Origin: Eledone cirrhosa
Lineage: Eukaryota
DNA: 64,000 bases
Reading direction: 5' to 3'
NCBI GenBank assembly: GCA_964016885.1
Contig: OZ024741.1
Location: 199,640,001 to 199,704,000 of the forward strand
Positions 37,281 to 50,372 of this stretch are shown piece by piece. Within the stretch, counting starts at the first letter, position 1. Each line of letters opens with the position of its first letter. Under the pieces are notes generated by a model. That model did no database searches and was not told the DNA's origin. It saw nothing but the letters and a program-made list of their open reading frames with translations. The position numbers and the translations under genes were made by a program.

Positions 37281-38929
37281 TTAAAGATTATTTTTCTTTA
37301 ATCCGACAGAATCAATAACCAGTTTCGATTGGTATAACAATCTTATCAAATATTAGATTTTAAATATTAAATATTTTTTTAAATGTTTTCGTGTATTCTG
37401 TGAGCAGTTTGAATAGATGTGTTTTCTGTAAAAATTTCTTCTTATATATATATTTAATGGAGGCACATGGCTTAGTAGTTAGAGCATTGGCCTTGCAATC
37501 GAAAGGTTGTGAGTTCAATTCTCAGACCAGGTGATGTGTTGTTTCCTTGAGCAAGATACTTTATTTCCCATTGCTCCAGTATACTCAGCTGTAGAAATGA
37601 GATGATAGGGACCCTATCATTCCACTGCAAAGTGGTCATGGAGGTGCCACGACAAAAAAGCACCCAGCACTCACTGTAAATGAGGTTGGTGTTAGGAAGG
37701 GCATCCAGCTGTAGAAATCAAGCCAGAATCAGTTCCTGTCCCACCCTTGCAAGCAGGGAAAAGCGGACGTAAAATGATGATGATGATGATGATGATATAT
37801 ATGTTCTTTATAAAGGTGTGGTGGTGAAGGTGGAGGTGAGGTTCAACAGCTCAAGAATTCAATTGAATTCACTTGGTTAATATAGAAAATGTTCTTACCA
37901 TTCATACAAATTGGCCAGATGGCATTTTTAATGTGTGTGAAGGTATTAAGGTGAGGTTCAGTTGTGTCTAAAGGTCAGTTTAGGTGTGGATATAGAATTA
38001 ATTTTTTGTGGTATGTGTGTGTTTACCCCTTGTATGTGGTACTTTTAGTTAAATCGTTGAAACCACAGATAGTCTAAAAGCTGAAAAGTGTATTTAAATG
38101 TTTGAAATCTCCTCTCGTCCATTTTTTTTCTTTTCTTCTTTCTTCCTATCATTTCTCCAAACCAATACAGTTCTAGCTGCTGATTTCTATCCTTTGAAGT
38201 GAATTTTACCTGACGCTGTCATTGATGGCATTTTGGTGTTTTAACAGCTTCCTTGCGCTGAGTGTTTCCATTATCCTACGAATTCTAATACACTTGCATG
38301 TCAAACTTGATGTTCGAGTTAACTTTATATATATATGTATGTATTTACAAACACACTCCTTTAATTAACTGTTTACTTACCAGCATGACATCTCTCTCCC
38401 CCCTTTCTCTCTCTTACTTGCTCTCTTCCCCTTTGTGATGAAAGTATATTTATATTTCGCCCCTTCCTGTCTTATCATTTGCACAAGTTGCCTGTTCTGT
38501 ATCTAGTCTTGTTTCCAGTCCTTACACTCAACAACGAGAACAAGAAAACAAGAAAACAAAACAATACAAAACAAAACGTAAAAGAAGCAACTCCAATAAG
38601 CTGGAATGCCACCCACACCACAACCACCTCCAGTACCAGCACTACCACTCTTACCACAGAAGCAGTTGAAAAGATTCTCTTACTACACCTTTTTACAACT
38701 GCAACCATAACAACAACACTACAATCAACAACAATATCACCTCAATCAACAATAGTAATGTCCACAACTATGCTGTCATTATAATGGTAATAATGATTTC
38801 ACTGCTAGCCAACCGGAGCTCTACCTAAAGAGCCAGGCAACATTCCATGGATTTCCAAATCTATGTGTAACACAAGCATGAATTACGGGAAATATAAAAA
38901 TTAAAACAGTACGCCAAATTGCTTGTCCT

Positions 38930-41075
38930 ATGATTAATCGGGAAGCGCGTCCCTCAGGAAGATGATAACCTGAGATCGAAAAGTCTTCCTCTGGCACAAA
39001 CTCTTCCCTGAATATGGCCCTGGATGGTCACTTGAACGGGGATTGTCCCAACTCGAGCTCCCCATATTCCCCATCCAAGCCACCTCAAAAATAAAAATGT
39101 AAAAGGATAAAATGGACCCAAGAAGAGTATAAAGAAGTAACATATGCATATTACTATACATTAGGTAAGCCATCACAAGACAGACACACTGCAAACTCTT
39201 ACAAAATATGGAAAACATGGAATCAAGCTAGCATAAGTTATTTGAATGAAAACAAGTTAGCAAATGTGAGGAGGGATATCTTCAGAAATAATAGACTCAC
39301 AGATACTGAAATAACTGTGATCAAGCATGCTGTGGAGAATGACATAAAGATAAGTCATGAATGAAGAATCTCCTGGAGGGAGTAACCAGTCACATGTCTT
39401 AATCGAAATGCTGCCATCTGACCAAATCTCAAATAGGTTTGTAGGAATAAGAAATTATAATGAACCTGATGAAAATAGCTAAGAAAGAGGCATAGAAACA
39501 GAATTTGAAGACCAAACCTTTGCTGAAGAACACAGAGAGTCTATGAAGGGATTGAAACAGAAAATACTGAATGAGCTTTCAGTTGTAAGACATACTAGTA
39601 TAAATGATAGAGAACAACTTCAAAAACTCCCAAATACAAACCAAAATAAAAAACAAATAATTGTTTCTACTTTAGGCACAAGGCCAGCAATTACCCAGTG
39701 CATTACTGGTACTTTATTTTATCGACTCCGTAAGGATGAAAGGCAAAGTCAACCTCGGCGGAATTTGAACAAATAAAAAACAAATAACTCTGTATCAAAA
39801 GAAATCATACAAGAATTAGAACCTGATCTTACTGAGTTAAATGAAATCATTTATGCATCTGCTAGAGTAATTGAAAGAAGTTTCACTCACTTTCACCCTC
39901 AATTTTTTACATAGCTTTAATACCCCTTACAACTGAATTTAATAAAACAGGTTATGGTTACAAAATTGACAACATGAAAATATACCAGCTATTTTATATG
40001 GATGATTTAAAGCTATTCAGAAAAGACAATGACAAGCCTGAAGGCCTTTTGCAGACAGTAAAAGCATTTAGTAATGACATCAGGATGGAGTTTGTACTTG
40101 ATAAGTGTGCCAAAGCCACTTTCAAGAAAGGGAAGCTTATCAACTCAAACTCAGTTGAATTAGATGTTGAAACAGTCATAAAGGAATTTGAGCAGGAACA
40201 AACCTATAAATACTTAGGGATTAATGAAGATTCTGGCATTCAGCATGCAAATATAAAAGAGAGGATAAGGAAGGAATGTTACAGGAGAGTATGCGCAATT
40301 CTGAGATCAGAACTAAATACTCATAACAAAGTGTTAGCCATTCCAGTTGGCAGTTCCAGTTGTCACTTATAGCTTCGGTGTGTTGAACTAGAATATAAGT
40401 GAAATTAAAAGAATCAACTCCAAAAGTCGCAAATTACTAACTTGTAATAAGATGCACTACTCCAGGCAGATATGGATCATCTTTACCTTCCTAGAACTCA
40501 AGGAGGCCATAGCCTGATCCAATTTGAACTTACCTACAAGACCACCACTATTGGACTGGCCAAATACCTTGAAACAACAAACAACTGGATGCTGAAACTC
40601 ATTGAAAAACATGAGAGAAGTAAAAAGCTTCATTCTATCTTGAAGGAGAGCAAAAGAATATGCTACCAATCTCATGCTTGATCCCCAAGTTGGACAGACT
40701 AAGGGAACTGCTGCAGCTGTTGCTGCTAAGCATATGAAATTAATAGCAAAAGAAAAAGGGCAGAAATAATTAGCATCAAAGTGGGAGCAGAAACCTCTGC
40801 ATGGCAAATATGTGGCCCATAGTAAACAAGATGATGTTGAAGCACACCTATCAGTGGCTAAGTAGGTCAGGGCTAAAAGCAGAGAGCAAAGGTTTCATCT
40901 TAGCTGCCCAAGCTTACCGACATGGAACTACCAAGCCAGTGTGATAGGAAAGGGAGTAAATCGAAAGTGTAGATTCTGCAATGATGAAGTTGAATCAGTG
41001 GAACACTTAGTGTCTGGATGTAAAGTTTTAGCACCAGTAGAATACAAATCTAGACATGACAGAGTTGGCTGTAAC
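38930..41075 (+). mobile_element. Dong/R4-like non-LTR retrotransposon remnant
   Basis: YMDDLKLF, LDKCAK, YKYLGI, LYLPR.QGG, and CRFC...EHLVSGC...SRHD (CCHC knuckle plus RHD preceding a restriction-like endonuclease); interrupted by a SINE. Confidence 0.8.
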
Positions 41076-41696
41076 TGAGGGAGAAAAAGTAACAATATAT
41101 GTGTATGTGTGTGTATGTGTGTGTATTTGTGTGTATGTGTATGTATGTGTGTATATATATATATATATATGTATGGATATGTGTATATATATGCGTGTGT
41201 GTATGTGTGTATATGAATGTATATGTGTATGTATGTATATGTATGTTTATGTATATGCATATATATATAAATATGTGTGGGTGTATATATATATATATAT
41301 GTAAAAGGTAAACAGAAATAACACAATCGGTACAGAATATGGAACGATCATCATCACTATTTTATGTCCATTCTTCCACGCTAGCATGAACTTGTCTTGC
41401 TCATATGGGAACTGATTCTGGCTTGATTTCTTCAGCTGGATGCCCTTCCTAACACCAACCTCATTTATAGTGAGTGCTGGGTGCTTTTTACCCGTGTCGC
41501 CTACACATCCACTTTATAGTGTGGGCTGGGTGCTTTTTTGCTGTGGCACCTCCACGACGACCTTGCAGTGGGAGGGGTGGGGGCATATTGTCTTTATGCT
41601 TCAGCTTCGGCTTATACCTGTGGGAAGTCGGGTCTTCTGTATTACTGCATGACGCCAGAGGTCATGGTCGTGTGTCATCGCCTTATATATATCTAT

Positions 41697-42722
41697 TCTA
41701 GGGCGGGTAAAATTCCCGAGATCCATGGATGAGTTCTCTCTAGCGGTCTCTATCCCTCATTATCGCTGCCATGTCCTGCATCTCCAAGAGACCAGTGTCT
41801 GTCCTTAGAGCATCAACATACGTCAAAACCTTGGTCTTCCTCTTCCAGTGTGTAGGGGCTCCCACAGGAGCACTGAGTGCAATGTCAACTCTGGATGTCG
41901 GTGAGCATGTCCAGCTAACCTCAGTCTCCTCTGTGTCACTTTGGAGCTGACTTTTGGGAGGCTCCCATACAGCTCTGAGTTCTTCATCCTCAGTGTATAC
42001 TGATTAATGTTCAGAGCCATCCTCAGCATTCTTGTGTAGCACCCATCCACCATCTGAGTGGATGGGTGCTACACAGCACAGACTCCACTACAGCAATGAA
42101 GAGGCGGATTTTCAGGTCTTTACGAAGGTCCGAATTCTACACCGATCTCAAGCTGTGGCACGCCACACAGGCTTTGCTCTTCCTCTCAACTACATCATCT
42201 TCCGTATTCCCAATCTTTGCTCCCAAATACAGGAAGTCCTCAACCAATTCTAGCGGCTTCCCGCCTACATTAGTGATCCCCTCTGGCTTCTCAACATTCT
42301 CTACCAGATATTTTGTTGAAGATCTTACAGGCTTATGGAATCCCCAAGAAGATAGTGGACCTGATATCACTGCTCTACACCAACACCAAAGCCCAAGTCA
42401 TTACACCTGATGGGATGACAGAGTTCTTTGAGACACTGGCTGGAGTGCTCCAGGGAGATACATTGGCTCCCTACCTTTTTATCATCGTAGTGGACTATTG
42501 TATGCGCCTTGCACTGGAGAAACACCAGGACTCTCGCTTTACTGTAGTGCCGGCTCAGAGCAGGAGAGTTAAGGCGAAAAGATATCAGATGCTGAGTTTG
42601 CCGACGGCTTAGTTTTGATGACAAATACAGTGAAGGAGGCAGAGGATCTGATGCAGGAGGTTGAGACTGTGTCGATGAGTGTGGGGCTGAGAATGAATGA
42701 GACTAAAACAAAATATCTGGTT
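41697..42722. mobile_element. RTE-like LINE with 5' inversion
   Basis: Minus-strand 3' part 41697-42315; plus-strand RT part 42313-42722 (GVLQGDTLAPYLF). Confidence 0.85.
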
Positions 42723-42739
42723 ATATATATATATGTATA

Positions 42740-42786
<47 letters not shown>

Positions 42787-44005
42787 CCAAACTCTGGGAA
42801 TGCTCTGTAGAAACAGTAGACAGCTTCAACTACCTAGGTGACTGAATTAGCAGCAGTGGTGGGTGTTCTGAAAGTACAGTAACCAGAGTAAGAAAGGGGT
42901 GGAAGAAGTTCAGGCAGCTACTACCACTGCTAGCTGCAAAAGGCTTTTTTCCCTCAAAATGAAAGGTAGACTCTATGAGGCATGCATACGAACAACAATG
43001 TGTGTAGAAGACTGAGCGCTGTGTGTAGCAGACTTGTGTAGATTAGAAAGAAACAAAGCTTGTATGTTCTGATGGATGTGTAATAGTAATCTATGCAGAT
43101 GGCAAAGCATAAACGAAATGAGAGAGGGACTGAGCATAAGAGGAATCAAATGCTGTGCGCAGGAGAGGAGGTTGCGTTGGTATGGACATGTGATGCATAT
43201 GAAGGATGACAGCTACATAAAAAGGTGCAGAGCACTAAAAGTTGATGGAAGCCTTGGAGTGGGAAGACCCAAGAAGACCTGGAATGAGGTGATAAAAGCT
43301 GACCTTGCACCTCTCAAAGGTGATGAGACAGGACTGTGACCTCTGGCATCACGCAGTAATATAGAAGACCCGACTTCAAGCTGAAGCTGAAGCATATAGA
43401 CAATATGCCCCACCACCTCCCACCTCAAAGTGGTCATGGAGGTGTCACGACAAAAAAGCATCCAGCCCACACTGCAAAGTGGCCTTGTAGGCGCCACAGT
43501 AAAAAAGCACCCAGCATTCACTGTAAATGAGGTTGATATTAGGAAGGGCATCCAGCTGTAGAAATCAAGCCAAAATCAGTTCCCGTATGAGCAAGACAAG
43601 GTCTCCCGACCTGGCATTGCCCACAACAGGAGAACCCGTCTAACCCATACTAGTGTGGTAGAATGGATGTAAAACGATGATGATGATGATGATGATGATA
43701 TACATACTATTAATGGTGACACAGCTAAGGTCAACACCAAGAGAGAAAGAAAGAAAACTACAGACAAAAATGTAAACTTTTCTCTATATATATGTATGCA
43801 AAAAACTTTTTTCCACACATTCTTATTGTTCTTATTAATATGCAAGTTAATTGCATTATACACTTCTGTCACCTGAAGAAGCCTACAAGCTGAAACCGGT
43901 GCAAAAAATATGGAAATTCCTATTTCGTAAATACATATTTAGCATTTTCTACTGTTTTTTTTTCTTTTTTACTATTATATATACCAACTCGTGTGTCACT
44001 TCTCT

Positions 44006-44070
<65 letters not shown>

Positions 44071-44076
<6 letters not shown>

Positions 44077-44318
44077 AACGTAAAATAAGAAAATTATAAA
44101 ATTAACTTACTTACTAAAATATCACTTCCAACTAATTAGTTTCTGGAATGGAGTAAATATATTTTCCGAAGAAGATATCGAAAAGCATTCCGTCGTCAGG
44201 GAAGTCTATTTTCATCCAAGTTACCAGGTAAAGCGAGGACTCTGGAAACTTATTAAAAAATAAGTGATATTTTAGTAAGTAAGTTAATTTTATAATTTTC
44301 TTATTTTACGTTTCTCAT
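44071..44318. mobile_element. Fold-back element (57-bp arms 44071-44127/44262-44318) containing a hammerhead
   Basis: Arms are reverse complements; adjoins (TA)n. Confidence 0.8.
44124..44205 (-). ncRNA. Type I hammerhead ribozyme motif
   Basis: acttcc-CTGACGA-c-ggaatg...cattcc-a-GAAA-ctaattag-TT-ggaagt: 6-bp stem I, 6-bp stem II, palindromic stem III, GUU triplet. Confidence 0.75.
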
Positions 44319-45065
44319 ATTATTGTTCTGCAACCCCATGCATTGAACCACAATGTTACTAAGACAAAACCTATATATCTGCTAGCATTGATATGCATCT
44401 GTATGTATATATATGTTACTAGATATAAATTCTTTATTATATATATATATATATATCCAGGGAGTGTAACTTGGAGTTACTGTAGGTTCACCCGGGTGAG
44501 CACTCAATGTTTAGGTTCACTTCAGTGTCGAGGTGTAGAGCTATACAGAGTGTATTATAGTTAAATAAAATAACAAGGACGATTGGTTACTCCTTCATTA
44601 CGTTTATTGGTTGGTGACGCACATTTCCCCACTGCCACTGACCAGCTCAAGGTTCGATCTGTATCGATCTGACCCGACTCTGTAATCCGTGGCTTGTCAG
44701 ACCCCTTGTAATGTTAATGGAAGAATGAATACATGCTGTATGATAAAGTCAGAAGTTCCAATGGTGGTCAGTAAAGTTCGTTATGATTGGCGGATTAGTT
44801 CATAGGGATGTTTTTGCCTGTAGTGTAGGTGGGGGTGGTGAAAAATTTGAGGTGTCGATCGCAGGTTGAAGTGGGCGGTGGTGTGGGGGTGCTGGCATGT
44901 AGATGTGGCTGATTTTTGTGTGTGGTGTGGGTGTGGTGTTGTTGTTTGTGATAAAGATGAAAGGTTACAGTATTTATGGAGGTGTGATGATTGTGTTTGT
45001 GGTTTCATTTCCTTAAGGAGATACATACAGACACACTAAGTCTGACAAATACGTAGTATAGATAC

Positions 45066-45171
<106 letters not shown>

Positions 45172-45761
45172 AGAAGCAAAAAATTGCTTATTGTGATCCA
45201 GCTTTTGGTTAAGAAAGCCAGTTTCATGGATGGTTTCAATGTACGGTTAGGGGTAACTCCACAAGTTTGTAAGAATTCCGTTCAATCTTGGAGTATAAAG
45301 TATAAAAGAGAAAACACAGGTAAGCATTAAGAGAAGGATTTTATCCAGGTATTTACGACCGTTTCATTGGTAAGTGCAACCTTATATTGCTATACTGCAA
45401 ATAGCAGCCACTCAATTATAATTGTTGTTCACAGTCCAAATTTTCAAAATAGTAAGTTACTCTTGAAATAATTCTTAATATATAGAGAAAAACATTTATT
45501 TGGAATTGTATTTACTAGTATAGTGAGAGAGGAATCAGGAGGTGAGGGGACAGACGGAATAGTATATAGAGAGAGAGGAAGGGGGAAGAGGTAGGAAGTA
45601 GAATGACAAACTGAGATGGCGGGAGGGGTAGAAGTGGAAGGATTCTTTGGTCAGTTTTGATAGCAGACTTCATGTCGTGGAGTGTAATGAGTTAAAGAGA
45701 ATTAAATTGATCATAGTGGGAGGGATGGATAGAGAGGGAGAGAGAGGGGGGATATAAAGAG

Positions 45762-45800
<39 letters not shown>

Positions 45801-45885
45801 AAAGATTTATTTAAAATTGTTGGGTTACAACGAGTAAATATTTTATAACTGATATAAAAGCACTCAACAGTTTTTGGAGTAGGTT

Positions 45886-47711
45886 TACGATATTAAACAA
45901 ATGGAAACTATATTTATAAAACCATATTTATTTCGTTATATATATTTCTGGGATATCATATTAAAAATATTAAAAATATGGTATGCCTTCCTCAGACAAA
46001 ATACAATATATAAGCTGTTTTATAAATAATTTTGACATACCTTAGAATAATGCAACTTCCAAAAAAAATCTTCAACATCACTATCAGGCTTACTCTGGCA
46101 ACTTAAACATGATAAAGTTGGATATTCGATGGTTTGGAATATAGTCTCAAAAGGCATTCCTTTTAATTCCTCTTCTGAGACATGTGACCTCTGCGCGGAG
46201 GAGATATTCTTTATACTAAAATCTAAAAATTCCCTTAATTTACGAACCAATTTATTCAGCTGCTGCAGACATAGATTGAACTCAACTTTTAAATATAAAT
46301 ATAAATTTAAAATGTAGTATAAAATGTAGCATATTTACTTAAGATATTTAACTATTTATGAAACTTGGCGATTAATCTTTCGATTCCTTCAATTCCTTTA
46401 AAACCTTTCTGCATGAATATATAATTAATGAGATTAATTAAACTACCCTAAAATTGGCGATGTTCCCAATCTTTTGAATAAATTTTTAAGCTAGATAAAC
46501 TTCTATAATAAATATAAGAGCATTTGTAGAATAAGTTTTGAATGATTTCTGCTAAATAAGGTTTGTTGAACAATTTTGGTTTTTGTTTGCTTTTGATTCT
46601 GATTGCTTCTAATGAACTTGACAACATATTGTCAAATAAATTGGAAGGGTGGTTTTATGTGACTGATATGCGTGGCATACTATGTTCTCTTACGTCCCTA
46701 AATACTCTGTGGAGTGACGAAGATGTTCTTGGCGTTTTTAATTTTTAATATTGATATCTGTTGTCTAATTTTTAATATTGATATCTGTTGTCTATTCTTT
46801 GCTTGATCGATAATCTTGTAAGTGAGGGCAGGAATATTACTATAAATGTTAATGTATATTTTATGTCTATATATATATATATGTATGTACATATATGTAT
46901 GGTGGAATCTTTTGTAACGCAATGAAGATTTTCATGCAAAATAAGAATCTGCGGAGCATATCACGTAAGTTCACACATGTGTGTCTATAATTATCAACTT
47001 GAATTTGAGATAACCTTCTCTTTTCTCTTTTTTCTTTTTTCATGAGAATGCATATATACTTATGTTTGAAGTTTTGTCTCAGATTTTGCTTATAGACCTA
47101 AGAATTTTTAAACTAAGCATGGGGTCATTTTTTTCACACATTATGGATATGTGTCTCATTCATGAATATTGATATTTACATTATAATACCTAATTCATAA
47201 AAATTGATAATTCAAATGGATGAGACATAATATATATTTTAAATATATCATCTTTCTTTCTTTTTCTCCTCTGCACTGGACGTGATTTATCTGTCGGCTA
47301 TTTTAACTATATCCCTCCCTCCTTAACCTCTCACTTGTACGAGGATCATCTGTCCCAAAGCTGCCTACTATATTTTTTCACTTCCTCAATATATTTCTCT
47401 CTCCCATATCTCCTTCTCTCTCTATCTCGCTCTGTTGTTTTTCTTTACATACATCTCTTCATCTTCTTCTTTTTATCTTCGTTTTTCTTCGTCTTTCTTT
47501 CTCTATAACTGTCCTCAACAGTTTCACTACCAAATCAACTTTTTAAATGGAAGTTGCATTATTCTAAGGTATGTCAAAATTATTTATAAAACAGCTTATA
47601 TATTGTATTTTGTCTGAGGAAGGCATACCATATTTTTAATATGATATCCCAGAAATATATATAACGAAATAAATATGGTTTTATAAATATAGTTTCCATT
47701 TGTTTAATATC

Positions 47712-47714
<3 letters not shown>
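45886..47714. mobile_element. Truncated Naiad-like PLE with inverted terminal arms (45886-46061/47548-47714)
   Basis: Spacer encodes CDLCAEE...LN.R...CCRH (46129-46317); both arms carry a hammerhead. Confidence 0.75.
47606..47671 (+). ncRNA. Type I hammerhead motif (inverted copy 45929-46003)
   Basis: tattttgt-CTGAGGA-[imperfect stem II]-GAAA-tatata-TA-acgaaata: 8-bp stem I with one G-U pair, palindromic stem III, AUA triplet. Confidence 0.65.
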
Positions 47715-47780
<66 letters not shown>

Positions 47781-48005
47781 GATAAAGATAATAATGACAA
47801 AAATAAAAGCACAGAAGGGGGTGAGAAAGAAGAAAAGAAAAGATAGCCAAGAAGGGGAGGGAAGGAAGGAAGAAAACGAAGAAATAGAAGAGGAATGAGC
47901 GAGAAGAGGGGGATATATGTATTGGTTTTGTGGGTAATTAAAGGGTTTAGATACAAGAGGGTATAAAGTCTAAGTATATGCAGTTTGTCAGTTGGTAGTA
48001 AGAGG

Positions 48006-50372
48006 TTAAGGGTTCGATTTGTAGTGCGAAAACTTCTCTTTGAGGCTATGGTTACAATAAATTGATCTCTCGATTTTATTGTTGAGTAACCTATTCTTCG
48101 AACTTAAGATGTGGAACAGCTCAAGGTTGCATAATCAACAGCTTCTCATACCACTCCGATATGGGGGTGCGTTCGATAATTTTTTCCACTTCAGGGTGTA
48201 TTGATGGTTACTTTCCCTCAGTTGCCAGGTCTTGTTTGCAAGGGTAGTTACATAACGGTGCTGGGAATGTTTCATTGTGTAACAGTGTGTATACCAACGG
48301 GCTTTAAATGTATTCCCAGTCGTTCCGATGTAATACCATTTCTGGTTCTCTGATTCCACTGTGCATTGGTAAACCAGGTTAGACTGCATACATTCATTTT
48401 GTAATGGACAGGTTTCAGGTAGGTGGCAGTTACAGTTCTTGTCATGGGCAACTTTAGCATTATTTGTGGGCTGCGATGCCTGAACAAGTGTGTTACGTTT
48501 TGTTTGCCTATTAGCGGGTGGTTGTGTATTAGATATTCTGTTGTGTTCGGTGGTAATTGTATTGTTATTGTTGTAAATTTGTGTTTTGGTGTTGTTATGT
48601 ATCTTTTTAGCGTTAAGCATCTTAATGTGTGCCTCTATATTTGGTGCCGTGGAGTAAGATAGTCTAATAGATTTAGTGTTAAGGATTTTGCTGTATCTAT
48701 GTGAATCTGGAAAGTGCTTATTTATTATTCTAAAGAAAGTAGAGGGTAGGTTAGTACTAATAGAGGTGTTAAATATGGGGTTATACCAAATATATTTTCT
48801 ACTGCGTGACTTGTTTGATTTCGATGTTGTATTTCTATTTGCCGTATACTTTGCAGTTCTATGCGTAAATGTGTGTATGCGTGTGTTTCTGGAGTTTGTG
48901 TTATGCGTGTTCGTGTGCGCTTCACGGAGGCTTTCATCTATATATTCTACTCTATCTAAGTGGCCTGCCTTGTCTAATGCGGTATTGTAGTATTCTGCAT
49001 GTTCTTCGAAGATTTGTCGGTTAGACGAGAGGCGGGAGATCCTAAGGGATATGCTGCATGGAATGGATTTAATTATTGATAGTGGGTGGTTTGAGTTACA
49101 GTTGATGTATGCTAAGTTTTCATTAATCTTGTGAAAAGGTCTTATAAGTCCCGTATTTAGGTTAAGCTTCACATCTAGAAAGTTAACTGTTTTAGTGCTA
49201 TACTCATACGTTATGCTAAGGTCTAGTTTTCCGAGAGTCTTTCTAATATTCTTATGGAGTCTTTCTATGCTCTGGTTATTTAGGTTCTTAACTAGGAGAA
49301 GGGCGTCATCTCTGTAGATTCCACCGTGAAGGTCGCTAAACTCACTTTGTAAACTATGGCCTATGTAAATACCTACTAAGTCTGTGACTTGAGCCGAGTC
49401 GTTAGCCCCCATCGTGATGTCAAAGTTATTTAATCTATCCTTAAGTTCCCAATAGGCGTTTTCAAATTTAATTATTGTTTTTCTAGCAGCTAATATGATT
49501 TTTATCTCGTCGACTGTTATGTCAGAATTGGCTTTGGCGAATGCTAAGGCTTTATCCAATGTGTTGGGGGATATAGATGAGTAATAATCGTTAATGTCAA
49601 ATTGTATAAATTTAGATACTTCTTTGTTAGCTATATTGTTAAACCACTTAATTGTTTCGGTAGCGTTACCCCATAGTTTAATCACTAGTTTATTCTTCAT
49701 TTGTGCTATCACTCTGTCTAATATATGTTTACTAATTTTCCCGATGTCCGATTTGGATGGGCATATAAGTCTAATTGTGGGGTTATAATCAAAATTTACC
49801 TTGTGGTCTTTGAGGTTAAATGTGGGGGTACATGGCTTAAGTGGCTCCGTTCTGTCATCTATTCCTAGGTGTTTGACTATATTGTGTGCCTCGTTGTTGA
49901 TGTTTATCAGTGCCGCCTCATTTGTTTTTTTGTATTTCCTATGTAATTCCTTCCGTATGAAGCTATTGTATGTATTAACATCCATCGTATACACATTTGA
50001 TGTTTTGTCCGCTTTGACAATAATTCCATTGGTGGTTCGCAGCTTTTTTAGGAATGTATTTATGTCATTCTGGAGTTTATTATTCCGCCACTTTTTTAAT
50101 TTGATATTCATAATCATCTTCAGTAAGACCTGTTCAAAGGCATCCAGTTGAGGGTTGGTAGGTGGGTTCTTACACGATTTGAAGCCGTATGTTTCCTTGT
50201 TATATTCCACGGTGCGACCATTATGTCCTTTGTCGAAATGGAAAGTTTTCCATCTAACTCTGCATATAAAGTCGCTTGTTCGCTGTATCATCCCGAGAGT
50301 ATAATCCCTTCTCTGAGGTATAGGAATGTTCCTTAGGGACATACCTATGTAATGCTTTTCCATAGTAGTACG
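48006..50372 (-). mobile_element. Near full-length Penelope-like element ORF (RT + GIY-YIG), Naiad-like, with one in-frame TGA
   Basis: SLRNIPIP, KADKT, FDINDYY, MGANDS, YRDD, FLDV, CNC...CPL..C and LVY...YYIG; the frame continues 42 codons past the TGA at 48135 (LCNLE...LLN...CNH). Confidence 0.9.

Noticed and set aside
38479-38784. Thr-rich mucin-like ORF
   Set aside because: Low-complexity (ACA/ACC)n-derived sequence with no supporting gene structure.
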